DNA of 30,154 nt from an uncultured virus (IMG/VR IMGVR_UViG_3300031720_000001) (Duplodnaviria > Heunggongvirae > Uroviricota > Caudoviricetes), in IMG/VR virus record IMGVR_UViG_3300031720_000001. One strand, given 5' to 3'. Under the pieces are notes generated by a model. It saw only the letters and a list, made by a program, of their open reading frames with translations, searched no databases and was not told the DNA's origin. The position numbers and the translations under genes were made by a program. This document shows, piece after piece, positions 8,987 to 17,733 of this stretch (positions within the stretch are counted from its first letter, which is position 1; each line of letters starts with the position of its first letter).

Positions 8987-9014
8987 GCCGGGGACGGTTA
9001 TCCCCGGCTCCTTT
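8987..9014 (+). terminator. Possible intrinsic terminator hairpin
   Basis: GCCGGGGA-cggtta-TCCCCGGC followed by TCCTTT (weak U tract). Confidence 0.4.
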
Positions 9015-9025
9015 CGAGATTCGAG

Positions 9026-9217
9026 ATGGCGACAACAACGACAACGACAAACGATCAGTCGACGCCGGTCCCTGATGCCTACCGAGTGCTGGTAGACGTT
9101 CTGCAGCTCGGTCTCATCTACAGAGACCTCCGCGAGCAAGGGCACACGGACGCCGCCATCGGGCGGGCGTTTCTGGCCGTGCTCGGGAGATCGAGCGGTT
9201 GCCGGAAGGACCGGTAG
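9026..9217 (+). CDS. Hypothetical protein
   Basis: Starts at the GAGATTCGAGATG motif; 63 aa. Confidence 0.5.
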   Translation: MATTTTTTNDQSTPVPDAYRVLVDVLQLGLIYRDLREQGHTDAAIGRAFLAVLGRSSGCRKDR

Positions 9218-9661
9218 ATGCAGCCAGCACTTCATCTTGCCAGTGGCAACATGACCGCCTCCGTGCTGGGGCGCCTCCTGGTCGTGACCGATCACGAGGG
9301 GCGCCTCATGGCCGTGGGGATCTACCGGTGTCGGCGCCAGAGGCGGGACGAGCGCCACCGGCCCAAGATCACGTTCTCGACGGTCTACGATCGGAGCCCG
9401 ACCATGATCCTGCGCGCGCGCTGGGCCGGCCACCTACCGAAGGTGGGCGAGTACCTGATGAGCCAGTACCGGGCCCGGAGCGCGTACCAGATCGTCGCGA
9501 TCCGGCCATCGCAATTCGTCGACTGGGACCCAGAGATTCGTCGGGAGGTGAGAAACCTCCGGCTGGAGGTCCTGCGCGTGGATCTACCGCTTCCCCCGGC
9601 GGCGGTGGTGCACCCGTGGAAGTGGGACAGCCGGGGCAAGAACACAGGAGTTCGTGGATGA
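9218..9661 (+). CDS. Hypothetical protein (true start may be 9251 or 9308)
   Basis: GC3-rich frame; ATGA overlap with next gene. Confidence 0.6.
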   Translation: MQPALHLASGNMTASVLGRLLVVTDHEGRLMAVGIYRCRRQRRDERHRPKITFSTVYDRSPTMILRARWAGHLPKVGEYLMSQYRARSAYQIVAIRPSQFVDWDPEIRREVRNLRLEVLRVDLPLPPAAVVHPWKWDSRGKNTGVRG

Positions 9662-9888
9662 CCGACCGAATCAAGGGGTTCTATGTGTCGCTGGAGCGCG
9701 ACGTCCGAGAGGACGACTGCGAGCCGCTGATCCAGGCCGTCCGGATGCTCCGAGGCGTGGGCGCAGTGACCACGGTGCTCGTCGACGCCTCAGACTGGAT
9801 GAACCGCGAGCGGGCGACCCGCGAGCTCGAGACACGGCTGTGGGATGCCCTGCGTCCCGAGCGCAAGGAGCGTGGCGATGGCGGATGA
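9658..9888 (+). CDS. Conserved phage hypothetical (MTDR.KG..V.LE.D.R.DD family)
   Basis: MTDRIKGFYVSLERDVREDDCEPLIQAVRMLRGV; AGGAG RBS. Confidence 0.75.
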   Translation: MTDRIKGFYVSLERDVREDDCEPLIQAVRMLRGVGAVTTVLVDASDWMNRERATRELETRLWDALRPERKERGDGG

Positions 9889-10531
9889 CCCCCGAGTGGC
9901 CCTCGTGACGGTCACCGGTGATCTGGCCGGGCCGCCGTCGTGGGCGGTGCAACAGGCGGTAGAGGCCGCGAAGATGTCCCCCTGCCAGAAGGCCAAGGTG
10001 GGCATCGCGGTCTACGCTTGCGAGCGTCGGCTGGGGGATGGGCAAGAGCTTGTCCACGAAACCAAGGCAGCGGGCCACAATGGGCCGCCGTGGTGGCCGA
10101 CCTGGTCTATCGACGAGTTGGAGAGTTCCGGGCCCATGTCCCCACGCGCGCGGCCGTTGTGCGACGGCTCGGTCGCCTGCCGCCGCGACTGCTCTCGCCG
10201 GTGCGTGCACGCGGAGGCCCGGGCACTCGACGCGATCTTGCCGGTGCTGTTCCACCGGTCGCGCCTTTTGCGCCTCGTGCATGCGAGGCTCGATAGCAGC
10301 GGCGTCCTCGCGGCCTGCGACGGACCCTCGTGCGGCGAGTGCAGCAAGATGATCTTGGATCGGGGGATCGGCGGGATCTGGCTCTACGAGCGCGCCCTGG
10401 TGCCAGATACCACCCCGGAGCTCGTCGGATCGGGCGTCATGGTCGAGAGCGCGTGCTGGCGCTACTACCCGGCGCTGGAGTTTCACGATGCCACGTGCCA
10501 GCGCCTGCGGATCTACCAGGTGAACCCATGA
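9878..10531 (+). CDS. CMP/dCMP deaminase-fold zinc protein
   Basis: SPCQKAKVG, GHNGPP, CVHAE, PSCGECSKMI; AAGGAG RBS. Confidence 0.8.
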   Translation: MADDPRVALVTVTGDLAGPPSWAVQQAVEAAKMSPCQKAKVGIAVYACERRLGDGQELVHETKAAGHNGPPWWPTWSIDELESSGPMSPRARPLCDGSVACRRDCSRRCVHAEARALDAILPVLFHRSRLLRLVHARLDSSGVLAACDGPSCGECSKMILDRGIGGIWLYERALVPDTTPELVGSGVMVESACWRYYPALEFHDATCQRLRIYQVNP

Positions 10532-10803
10532 CGGCGACCGAGGTCGTGGCCGTAGCCGCGCTGTGGATCCTCACGAACCTGGTGAGTTGGCTCTCGGGCC
10601 GCGCCCTGCAGCGCCGCCGGGACACGCCCCGGATGCGGCCTTTGTGCGAGGAGTTAGTGCCATTCATTGACGGCGAACTGCCCCGGCATGTCGAGCGAGA
10701 GTTCCGCGACCACCTGAAGCGGTGTCCGGTCTGCCAGCACAGGATGCCCGCGGAGTTACAATTGGGCGCGCAGTTGACCACGCTGGGCAAAGGAGATGTA
10801 TGA
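10528..10803 (+). CDS. Membrane-anchored zf-HC2 anti-sigma-factor-like protein
   Basis: N-terminal TM, then CEELVPFIDGEL...FRDHLKRCPVC (HxxxCxxC). Confidence 0.75.
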   Translation: MTATEVVAVAALWILTNLVSWLSGRALQRRRDTPRMRPLCEELVPFIDGELPRHVEREFRDHLKRCPVCQHRMPAELQLGAQLTTLGKGDV

Positions 10804-11072
10804 CCGTCCGCTGTTGCAAGGACTGCCCGTTCTTCCAGACGATCTTGCTGGCGCTGTTCGCGAACAAGCCCAACTCCGGGCTCTGCGCCTATGACGGCGT
10901 GCGCGACGCCAAGGCGCTCGAGACGATCGGCCTGCCCCCGGGCCCGGAGCGCGACGCGGCCAAGGCCAGCGCCGATCGCCGCATGATCGTGCGCGACAAC
11001 CAGACGATCCCGGATCGATGCCCGCTCCGCACGAACGACATCATTCTGACCCTGGGGAACGGGGGACACTGA
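10800..11072 (+). CDS. Cys-rich hypothetical protein
   Basis: CCKDCPF...C...IPDRCPL; AAGGAG RBS. Confidence 0.7.
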   Translation: MTVRCCKDCPFFQTILLALFANKPNSGLCAYDGVRDAKALETIGLPPGPERDAAKASADRRMIVRDNQTIPDRCPLRTNDIILTLGNGGH

Positions 11073-11085
11073 AAGGAGATTCGAG

Positions 11086-11358
11086 ATGCTTTCGACGATC
11101 GTAAGACGCGTTCGCCAATATGTTGCGGTCAGTGTGCGGCTCAACCAGTTGTCCAGGTCGGTAGATCTCGCGCGGGACTGGCTCCATGAGATGGAGGTAC
11201 GGGAAGGTCTTTCTCGCGCCCATGTTATCGACCTGACCCACCAGCTCCGCCGAGCTCGCGACACGATCGCCGTGCTCTACGCGGGCAACCTCGCGCGCAG
11301 CGCGGACGGCACGGTCGACGTGGACCGGGTGATCGAAGCCATCGTGGGGCGAGCATGA
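11086..11358 (+). CDS. Hypothetical protein
   Basis: AAAGGAG RBS within GAGATTCGAGATG motif. Confidence 0.65.
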   Translation: MLSTIVRRVRQYVAVSVRLNQLSRSVDLARDWLHEMEVREGLSRAHVIDLTHQLRRARDTIAVLYAGNLARSADGTVDVDRVIEAIVGRA

Positions 11359-11636
11359 CCGGCAACCCCCGACTCCGGCTCCCCCGGCCGCGGCCCCACC
11401 GCATCGACCGGATGCTGTGGCCCGTCGTTGCCAAGCGCCGCCATCACCTGACGCTCCTGGTCTGCATCGTGGCGCCGATCCTGCCCGGGTTGTGGTCGCC
11501 CTCGAGCCCGGGGTGGTTGTCGATCTACGCCGTCCACTGCGCGGTCACCGGCTCCTTGGTGGTTCTGATCCAGCGCTCGCGCGACCGCTGGCTCGCGTTT
11601 CGCGAGTACCTGCGCAGTGGGCCAGGCCCGCGATGA
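11355..11636 (+). CDS. Small membrane protein
   Basis: Two hydrophobic segments; ATGA overlaps at both ends. Confidence 0.6.
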   Translation: MTGNPRLRLPRPRPHRIDRMLWPVVAKRRHHLTLLVCIVAPILPGLWSPSSPGWLSIYAVHCAVTGSLVVLIQRSRDRWLAFREYLRSGPGPR

Positions 11637-12070
11637 GGTTCTTGTCGCTGTCCAGGCCGTGGCCGTGGGCGATCTTCGACCCGGTCGCGAACAAGGGGGT
11701 CGAGAACCGGTCGTGGATGCCGCCGGTCGAGATGATCGGCGAACGGTTTGCGATCCAGGCCTCGAAGTCGTGGGATCACGACGCCATCACGCTGTTCTTC
11801 AAGATGGGGATCACCCACTTCCCCAGCCGCAAGGACCAGTACCCGTCCGGCGTGATCGTCGGCGTCGCCACGCTGGACCGCGTCGTCACCACCGCCGCAA
11901 CGTTGCCGCCCGAGCAGGCCCGGTGGTTCTTCGGTGCGTGCGGGTGGATCCTGACCGACCGGATCGCCCTGCCCACCCCGGTCAAGTGTCAGGGTGCGCT
12001 GGGGCTGCGCATCCTGCCCAGCGATGCGACGGTGGAGGTCATCAGCCAGCTCGAGAAGATGGGAGTCTGA
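11633..12070 (+). CDS. ASCH-domain protein
   Basis: LSLSRPWPWAI...KGVENRSW...IQAS, GVIVGVATL, WFFG..GW, VKCQGALGL. Confidence 0.85.
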   Translation: MRFLSLSRPWPWAIFDPVANKGVENRSWMPPVEMIGERFAIQASKSWDHDAITLFFKMGITHFPSRKDQYPSGVIVGVATLDRVVTTAATLPPEQARWFFGACGWILTDRIALPTPVKCQGALGLRILPSDATVEVISQLEKMGV

Positions 12071-12071
12071 A

Positions 12072-12602
12072 GTGGCACGCTGGAACGGCTACGCGTTGAT
12101 GAGCTCGTGCGGCACGTACCGCTACGAGTTCGGCGGGGAGATCGGACCGTCCGAGCCGCTCCTGGCCATCACGCGCGCGGCCCACGTGATCCTGTGGATC
12201 ATGCTGAACCCATCCAACGCGACCGCCAGCAAGGACGACCCGACGCTCGGGACCGTGGTGACGTTCTCCGAGCTCTGGGGCTACAACCGTCTGGTGGTCG
12301 GGAACCTCTACGCTTACCGCACCAAGTCCCCCAAGAAGATGTGGGACGCCATGAGAACCGGAGTCGACATCGTCGGCCCTGAGAACAACACCTTTCTCAC
12401 CCAGATGGTCGAGCGGGTCCGCGACGCCGGGGGCCGGATCATGGCGGCGTGGGGTGGCGACGCCCAGCGCGAGCGCGTGAGGGAGGTCGCACACCTCGTC
12501 GGCGAGATGTTTTGCCTGAAGACCAACGGCGACGGGTCGCCGACCCACCCGCTCTATCAACCGCATGACCTCGTGCCCGTGCCGTGGAGGATTGCCGCAT
12601 GA
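12072..12602 (+). CDS. DUF1643 family protein
   Basis: SSCGTYRY, WIMLNPS.A....DDPT, VGNLYAYRTKSP, AAWG, PTHPLY. Confidence 0.9.
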   Translation: MARWNGYALMSSCGTYRYEFGGEIGPSEPLLAITRAAHVILWIMLNPSNATASKDDPTLGTVVTFSELWGYNRLVVGNLYAYRTKSPKKMWDAMRTGVDIVGPENNTFLTQMVERVRDAGGRIMAAWGGDAQRERVREVAHLVGEMFCLKTNGDGSPTHPLYQPHDLVPVPWRIAA

Positions 12603-12823
12603 CGGTGACAAAGGCTCAATTGGAGGGTCCGCTACGGCAGATCGCCGCGGCGCTCGAGGAGACACTTCCAACGATGATCGGCGTCGACGAACCGATCGGG
12701 TTCGCGGTCTTCCTGTTCGACTTCGGCGAAACGGGAAGCCTCGCCTACGTCTCCAACGCAAAACGCGAGGACATGATCGCTGCGGTCAAGGAGTGGCTCG
12801 CACTGCAGGGGAGCGCCGCGTGA
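12599..12823 (+). CDS. Conserved phage hypothetical
   Basis: GFAVFLFDFG...YVSNAKREDMI; GGAGG RBS. Confidence 0.7.
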   Translation: MTVTKAQLEGPLRQIAAALEETLPTMIGVDEPIGFAVFLFDFGETGSLAYVSNAKREDMIAAVKEWLALQGSAA

Positions 12824-13008
12824 AGGATGTTGCAACGCTCAAGGCGCGGTATCGCGATGCGAACGATGCGCTACAACGCGTGTGGACACTGGCGACTGGC
12901 ACACGCGGCTACAGCAAAAGCGACTGGATGCTGATCGACCGGGCTCTCAGTGAGAGCTTCCGCGCACTGGCCGAGACGATGGGGTACCGGGGCCCGCTGT
13001 TGCCATGA
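12820..13008 (+). CDS. Hypothetical protein
   Basis: GTGA overlap, GGGGAG RBS. Confidence 0.55.
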   Translation: MKDVATLKARYRDANDALQRVWTLATGTRGYSKSDWMLIDRALSESFRALAETMGYRGPLLP

Positions 13009-13346
13009 TCGAGCTCAACGAAGGCACCTATTGCCTGGGTGCGTGGCTATTGAGCGGGCCCCGCGGTGACTGGTTAGGAATCGCAACCCGTCAGGACGAT
13101 GAGCCTCTGATCCTGAGGTACCGCTTCCGGTGGAACATCGACCGTGATGTCGCGAGATGGTGCACGGCGATATTCCGCGGCAAGAACGAGGACCATGTCA
13201 TTGCCGCCGTCGACGCGTTGCTCGCGTCCCTCCGACGAGACGGATTCTCCGACCGCGAGCCCTGGAAGCGGATCATCCGAGGCGACGCGGAAAAGACCGT
13301 GGCGGTGCTTCGCAACTCGCCGTTCTTCAGGATCACCCCGTTATGA
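13005..13346 (+). CDS. Hypothetical protein
   Basis: ATGA overlaps at both ends. Confidence 0.6.
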   Translation: MIELNEGTYCLGAWLLSGPRGDWLGIATRQDDEPLILRYRFRWNIDRDVARWCTAIFRGKNEDHVIAAVDALLASLRRDGFSDREPWKRIIRGDAEKTVAVLRNSPFFRITPL

Positions 13347-14455
13347 TCGACCCCACCATCTCCGCGCACTACGTGGGCGACTGCCGCAAGCTGCTCCGCC
13401 AGTTGCCGGAGGCGTGCGTGCAGACCTGCATCACGTCCCCACCCTTCTGGGGTCTGCGCGACTACGGGAAGCGGGGGCAGATCGGCCTCGAGCGCACCCC
13501 GGAGAAGTACGTCAAGGTCCTGGTCAAGGTGTTCGAGGAGGTCTGGCGGGTGCTCAAACCCGACGGGACCCTGTGGCTGAACCTGGGGGACTCGTACGCG
13601 GGCTCTCGCTCGGGACCGCAAGGCGTCAACGGACAGATGGCCGACCGCACCGTCTCGAGGCACCGTGCGATGCGCGGCGTCACCAAGGGCATTGACCCCA
13701 AGAACCCACGCAAGGGGCCCGGGGCCAACGACGCCCCGAACCGCATCCGCCAGCGAGGCCTCAAGCACAAGGACCTCGTGGGGATCCCCTGGGCGGTCGC
13801 GTTCGCGCTCCGCGACGCGGGTTGGTACCTCCGCATGGACAACATCTGGAGCAAGCCCAACCCCATGCCCGAGTCGGTGACCGACCGCACCACGAAGGCC
13901 CACGAGTACCTGTTCCTCCTCAGCAAGAGCGCCTCGTACTACTACGACGCGGACACGATTCGAGAGCCACAGGAAACCCTCGGCGAGCGCCACGAGGGAA
14001 AGAGCGGATACCGCGACGGGCACCCCAGCAAGAACGGGCGTACCGCGAACACTCGGACACTACATCCGCTCGGTGCCAACAAGCGATCGGTCTGGGAGGT
14101 CCCGGCCGCGGTCACCCTCGAGTATGCGGAGGAGCAGGCCCGCGCATGGACCGCGCTCGCCGCCACGTTCCGAGCTGGCGGGAGCAAGCCCTCGGTCTGG
14201 AACGTCACCCCGGTCCCCTACCAGGGCGCACACTTCGCCACGTACCCCCCGGCCTTGATCGAGCCCTGCGTGCTGGCGTGCTCGCGCCCGGGCGATCTGG
14301 TGCTGGATCCGTTCTTCGGATCGGGGACCACCGGCGAGGTCGCCGAGCGCTACGAGCGGCGCTGGATCGGCTTTGACATCAACGAGGCGTACGCGTGTTT
14401 GGCCCGGGAGCGGACGGCCCAGCGGAGCTTGCCACTGGCAAGAGGTACGCCGTGA
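13343..14455 (+). CDS. Orphan N4-cytosine/N6-adenine DNA methyltransferase (beta class)
   Basis: GDC, catalytic TSPPF, RVLKPDGTLWLNLGDSY, WSKPNPMPESV.DR, AHFATYP, SAM motif LDPFFGSGTT. Confidence 0.93.
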   Translation: MIDPTISAHYVGDCRKLLRQLPEACVQTCITSPPFWGLRDYGKRGQIGLERTPEKYVKVLVKVFEEVWRVLKPDGTLWLNLGDSYAGSRSGPQGVNGQMADRTVSRHRAMRGVTKGIDPKNPRKGPGANDAPNRIRQRGLKHKDLVGIPWAVAFALRDAGWYLRMDNIWSKPNPMPESVTDRTTKAHEYLFLLSKSASYYYDADTIREPQETLGERHEGKSGYRDGHPSKNGRTANTRTLHPLGANKRSVWEVPAAVTLEYAEEQARAWTALAATFRAGGSKPSVWNVTPVPYQGAHFATYPPALIEPCVLACSRPGDLVLDPFFGSGTTGEVAERYERRWIGFDINEAYACLARERTAQRSLPLARGTP

Positions 14456-14670
14456 ACCGCGCCACCGTTGCCCTTCTGGTCGGGTTCTTTGTGGTCGGGT
14501 GGACCCTGTGTTACCTGATGGTGTTCCACTTCAGCGTCTTCGTGTGTGTGCTGTGTATCTCGTGGGGGTTGGCCCTGGTAACGGGGGTGGTGCTGCGGAT
14601 TCACTGGTGGCGCCAGCGCCGTAAGGAGCGAGAGCGGATCCCGAGGGCGGTCGGTAGGATGCGGACATGA
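14452..14670 (+). CDS. Small two-TM membrane protein with basic tail
   Basis: GAGG RBS; GTGA/ATGA overlaps. Confidence 0.6.
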   Translation: MNRATVALLVGFFVVGWTLCYLMVFHFSVFVCVLCISWGLALVTGVVLRIHWWRQRRKERERIPRAVGRMRT

Positions 14671-14882
14671 TGACCCAGCGGCGCGCTTTGCAAGTACTCA
14701 TCCGCCACGCAGCGGCCAACGTCGCCGGGGTTGGCTGCGGTATTCGGCCGGTCCTCTCCACCGAGGCCAAGGAGGACGTCTCTGCTGCGGTCCGCGCCAT
14801 GTGGCGTCGCGCGCACGGCTACCCGATGTCTGACAGCGACTGGTTCAACCTGCGACTGGATCCGCCTCGGAGTACCAAGTAG
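14667..14882 (+). CDS. Hypothetical protein
   Basis: Coupled by overlaps. Confidence 0.55.
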   Translation: MMTQRRALQVLIRHAAANVAGVGCGIRPVLSTEAKEDVSAAVRAMWRRAHGYPMSDSDWFNLRLDPPRSTK

Positions 14883-15518
14883 TGGCCGAGCTCATCGCAT
14901 ACGCGGCGCGCACGGGCACCCTCCGCAACCTCGCGGGCATCCGCGACCTGGGGTGGCGTCTCCTGTTGTCCGCGGCCGGCGAGCACCGGAGCGAGGGGTT
15001 CGAGGACCTTGGCATCGGCCTCGACAACGGCGCGTGGTCGGTGCGTGACACCGGCGGGTACCCGGCCGAGCTCAAGCGGCGTTTCATCCGGCTCCTGCTC
15101 GCACTAGGCGCGGTCGCCGACTGGGCGGTCCCACCGGACATCGTCGCAGGGGGGGGCAGATCGCTGGCGCTGGCTACCCTGGGTTCTGAGGCACTGCCGA
15201 CGGGCGCTCCTGGCCGTCCAGGACGGGATGACGGTCGACGAGGTCCGTCCGTACCTGGGCGGCGACGTCGGGATCTTCGTCGGCGGCTCCACGCCGTGGA
15301 AGCTCGCCACCATGGCCGAGTGGGCGGACCTCGCGCGCGAGAAGCGTGCGTGGTGTCACGTCGCCCGGGTGAACACGGCGCTCCGCATCCGCAAGGTCGC
15401 GCTGGCGGGCGCGACGTCGTTCGATGGCAGCAGTGCGTCGCGGTTCTTCGTCTCGCAGGCCGGGCTTGGACGCGCGGTCGCGCAACAACATCTCGTGCTC
15501 TCGGAGGACACTGAATGA
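14882..15518 (+). pseudogene. TGT/DpdA-like (deazaguanine transglycosylase-like) gene split by a +1 frameshift near 15149-15173
   Basis: First frame: LDNGAW, PDIVAGG. +1 frame: RWLPWV..LLAVQDGM, GIFVGGS, CHVARVN, SFDGS. Order mirrors TGT motifs DSGG/D/VQG/GG/H/DxFD; abuts queD. Confidence 0.65.
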
Positions 15519-15949
15519 TCGCCACGATCGCCAAGCAATTCACGTTCGATGCCGCGCACCGCCTGGACCGGCTACCGCCCGAGCACAAGTGCCATGGCAT
15601 GCACGGCCACACCTACGTCGTCGAGCTCATCTTCTCGGGCGAGGTCGACGCGAACGGGTTCGTGATGGACTACGCCGACATCGCCGAGATGTGGCAACCA
15701 CTCCACGCCGTTCTGGACCACAAGGTCCTGAACGAGGTGCCCGGGCAGGCGGTGCCGTCCACCGAGCACCTGGCCGGGTGGATCTTCGCGCACCTGATCG
15801 AGCGCAAGCCCGGGCAGAAGCCACTCACCAGCACGCCCGCCCAGGCGATGCTCAATGTGGTCCGCGTCAAGGAGTCGACCTCGACGTGGTGCGCGGTGTG
15901 GCGCAACGAGCTCCTGGCTGCAGACCTCGAGCGGTTCCTCCTGAACTGA
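15515..15949 (+). CDS. queD: 6-carboxy-5,6,7,8-tetrahydropterin synthase
   Basis: KQFTFDAAHRL, KCHGMHGHTY, LDHKVLNE, PSTEHLA, VRVKES; GGAGG RBS. Confidence 0.93.
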   Translation: MIATIAKQFTFDAAHRLDRLPPEHKCHGMHGHTYVVELIFSGEVDANGFVMDYADIAEMWQPLHAVLDHKVLNEVPGQAVPSTEHLAGWIFAHLIERKPGQKPLTSTPAQAMLNVVRVKESTSTWCAVWRNELLAADLERFLLN

Positions 15950-15952
15950 CCC

Positions 15953-16180
15953 ATGATCGATGCACGCAAGATTCGAGATCGGCGAGAGCGTCGGCGCACA
16001 GCGTTCCGGCGCGTGGCGGAGCTTCGCAAGGAGTTGGGGGACTTCGACCTTGTCGTTGCCCACCTGCAGCGTGAGCACGCGCGCGTTTACGATGCCATCG
16101 ACCTCCTGCGCCGTATGGGCGATGACTTGCGTAACACCCTGGGTAAGGCAGTCGACGCGCTCGACGAGTTGCCCCTATGA
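15953..16180 (+). CDS. Hypothetical coiled-coil protein
   Basis: Helical 75-aa ORF; ATGA overlap. Confidence 0.6.
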   Translation: MIDARKIRDRRERRRTAFRRVAELRKELGDFDLVVAHLQREHARVYDAIDLLRRMGDDLRNTLGKAVDALDELPL

Positions 16181-16770
16181 GGTGGCACAAATCATGGCGA
16201 GCGGACCCGGTGGCACGGCGGATCGCCGACGGGCATTACAGCCGGCAGAAGGTCGGGGCGGATCAATTCGTCCAGCCGGGTCGGTGCGTCGTCCTGGTCA
16301 TCCCGGAGGTCGCCTACTGGGTGACGTCGTGGCCGCTCCCCCAGTATGTCAAACACGCGTGGCCGAACGCGTGGTCCTGCGCGGCGTTCAGAAACCTCCG
16401 ACACTGCAGCATCTGTGGTCGCCCGGCTGTGTGCCCGGATCACCCGACGGCGCCGACGCGCACGCTCCACCGGTCCAGTGACCTGATCCTCTCGGCGATC
16501 GCAGCCACGCGGTTCTACTGGACGCCCCCACCGGTGGGGATGATCACGTTTGTCGACGAGACAAAGGTCTGCCACAAGCGCGATCCGGGGCGATGTTTCC
16601 TCAAGGCCGGGTTCCATCGCGCCGGCACCCAACCGGGATGCACCTGCGAGGGCACACCGCAGGAGACCGAGACCGAGGGGCACCTCGCGTTCCATCTCGC
16701 AGTGGACGCGATGCCGGCCGCCGTCCAGCCGCTGGGCGCCCAGTCGAGCCTCGTGCTGGGGGCGATGTGA
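16177..16770 (+). CDS. Conserved phage protein, possibly Mom/GNAT-like DNA-modifying enzyme, with a Cys-rich insert
   Basis: ADGHYSRQKVG..QFV.PGR, WSCAAFRN, SSDLI, GMITFVD..KV..KRDPGRCFLKAGF resembles the Mom-like TY.D...G..Y.A.GW signature. Confidence 0.55.
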   Translation: MRWHKSWRADPVARRIADGHYSRQKVGADQFVQPGRCVVLVIPEVAYWVTSWPLPQYVKHAWPNAWSCAAFRNLRHCSICGRPAVCPDHPTAPTRTLHRSSDLILSAIAATRFYWTPPPVGMITFVDETKVCHKRDPGRCFLKAGFHRAGTQPGCTCEGTPQETETEGHLAFHLAVDAMPAAVQPLGAQSSLVLGAM

Positions 16771-17048
16771 CGCGCCGGCACGGAAGAGTTGACTCGCGTG
16801 GCTTCGTGGTCGCCAAGCCGACACCGCACCTGATCATGCGAAAGCGCGCAGCGCGCTGGGGGCTCGAGTGGACGGTCGCCGAGGACCAGTTCTTGTTCCG
16901 CCGACTCCGCGAGCTCGAGGCGGACGGCGACAGAGAGCCGCTCATTGCCCTTGCCCGCGAGCTTGAGCGCGGGCGTCTGGCCATAGCCACACGGCTGTCC
17001 ACGCTGCGGGCGGGAGTGCGGCTCGCCCAGGACGGTCGCAAGCGATGA
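16767..17048 (+). CDS. Small HTH-like (WTxxED, Myb/SANT-like) protein
   Basis: WTVAEDQFL...IALARELERGRLAIATRL. Confidence 0.55.
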   Translation: MTRRHGRVDSRGFVVAKPTPHLIMRKRAARWGLEWTVAEDQFLFRRLRELEADGDREPLIALARELERGRLAIATRLSTLRAGVRLAQDGRKR

Positions 17049-17203
17049 CCGCGCGAGACCGCAAGCTCGTCATGTGGCTCCGCGACTTCATGTCCAACGA
17101 GCTCGGTGTGGTCGAGTACCGCCCCACGATTCGTCGCCTGGAGGCGGCGTATCGGATGCTCGAGAGATGGCTCGCCGCAGACGATAGGAAGCGCCGCCGA
17201 TGA
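17045..17203 (+). CDS. 52-aa hypothetical (absent from ORF track)
   Basis: MTARDRKLVMWLRDF...DRKRRR; ATGA overlap. Confidence 0.55.
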   Translation: MTARDRKLVMWLRDFMSNELGVVEYRPTIRRLEAAYRMLERWLAADDRKRRR

Positions 17204-17214
17204 TCCGCGCTGGA

Positions 17215-17733
17215 TCAGTCGTCGTTCACACCCGGCTCGGTCAGCGTGACCGCGGGGTTCCCGGCGACCGCGGTGCCGTCCATGACGAACGCGATCTCGA
17301 CGCCGTCGCAGTCGAGGTCACCGGTGGCCTTCGCGTTGAACGTCGCAGCGGTGCCGGTGTAGTCGTAGTAGAACAGCGTGGGCTCGTCGATCTGGAAGTC
17401 CAGCGCCTTCCAGACCGGATCGGCGACAAAGCCCGTGGGGTTGGCCAGGCAATGGTTGTTGGGACCGCCGCAGCACCCGCCGGTCCCCGGCTTGGCTGGG
17501 AGCTGCAGCGCGGTCCCGGGCGTGAACGCGGCGGTCTCCGAGTACACCCGCTTGGCGTTCTTGCCGATCTTGTTCAGTTGCAGACTGGCCTCCGTCTTCT
17601 TGGACCGCTTCATGTAGTCCATGAAGGCGGGGATCGCGACGGCCGCCAGGATGCCGATGATCGCGACGACGATCATGAGCTCGATGAGGGTGAAGCCAGG
17701 GAGAGGTCGGCGGGTGCGTCGAGTGGTTTGCAT
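17215..17733 (-). CDS. Type IV pilin (prepilin, PilA-like)
   Basis: Basic leader, then [25 protein letters not shown] with E5; C-terminal [16 protein letters not shown]. Confidence 0.93.
   Translation of the reverse strand: MQTTRRTRRPLPGFTLIELMIVVAIIGILAAVAIPAFMDYMKRSKKTEASLQLNKIGKNAKRVYSETAAFTPGTALQLPAKPGTGGCCGGPNNHCLANPTGFVADPVWKALDFQIDEPTLFYYDYTGTAATFNAKATGDLDCDGVEIAFVMDGTAVAGNPAVTLTEPGVNDD

Noticed and set aside
13343..14455. Restriction-modification system
   Set aside because: No recognisable endonuclease adjacent; treated as an orphan methyltransferase.
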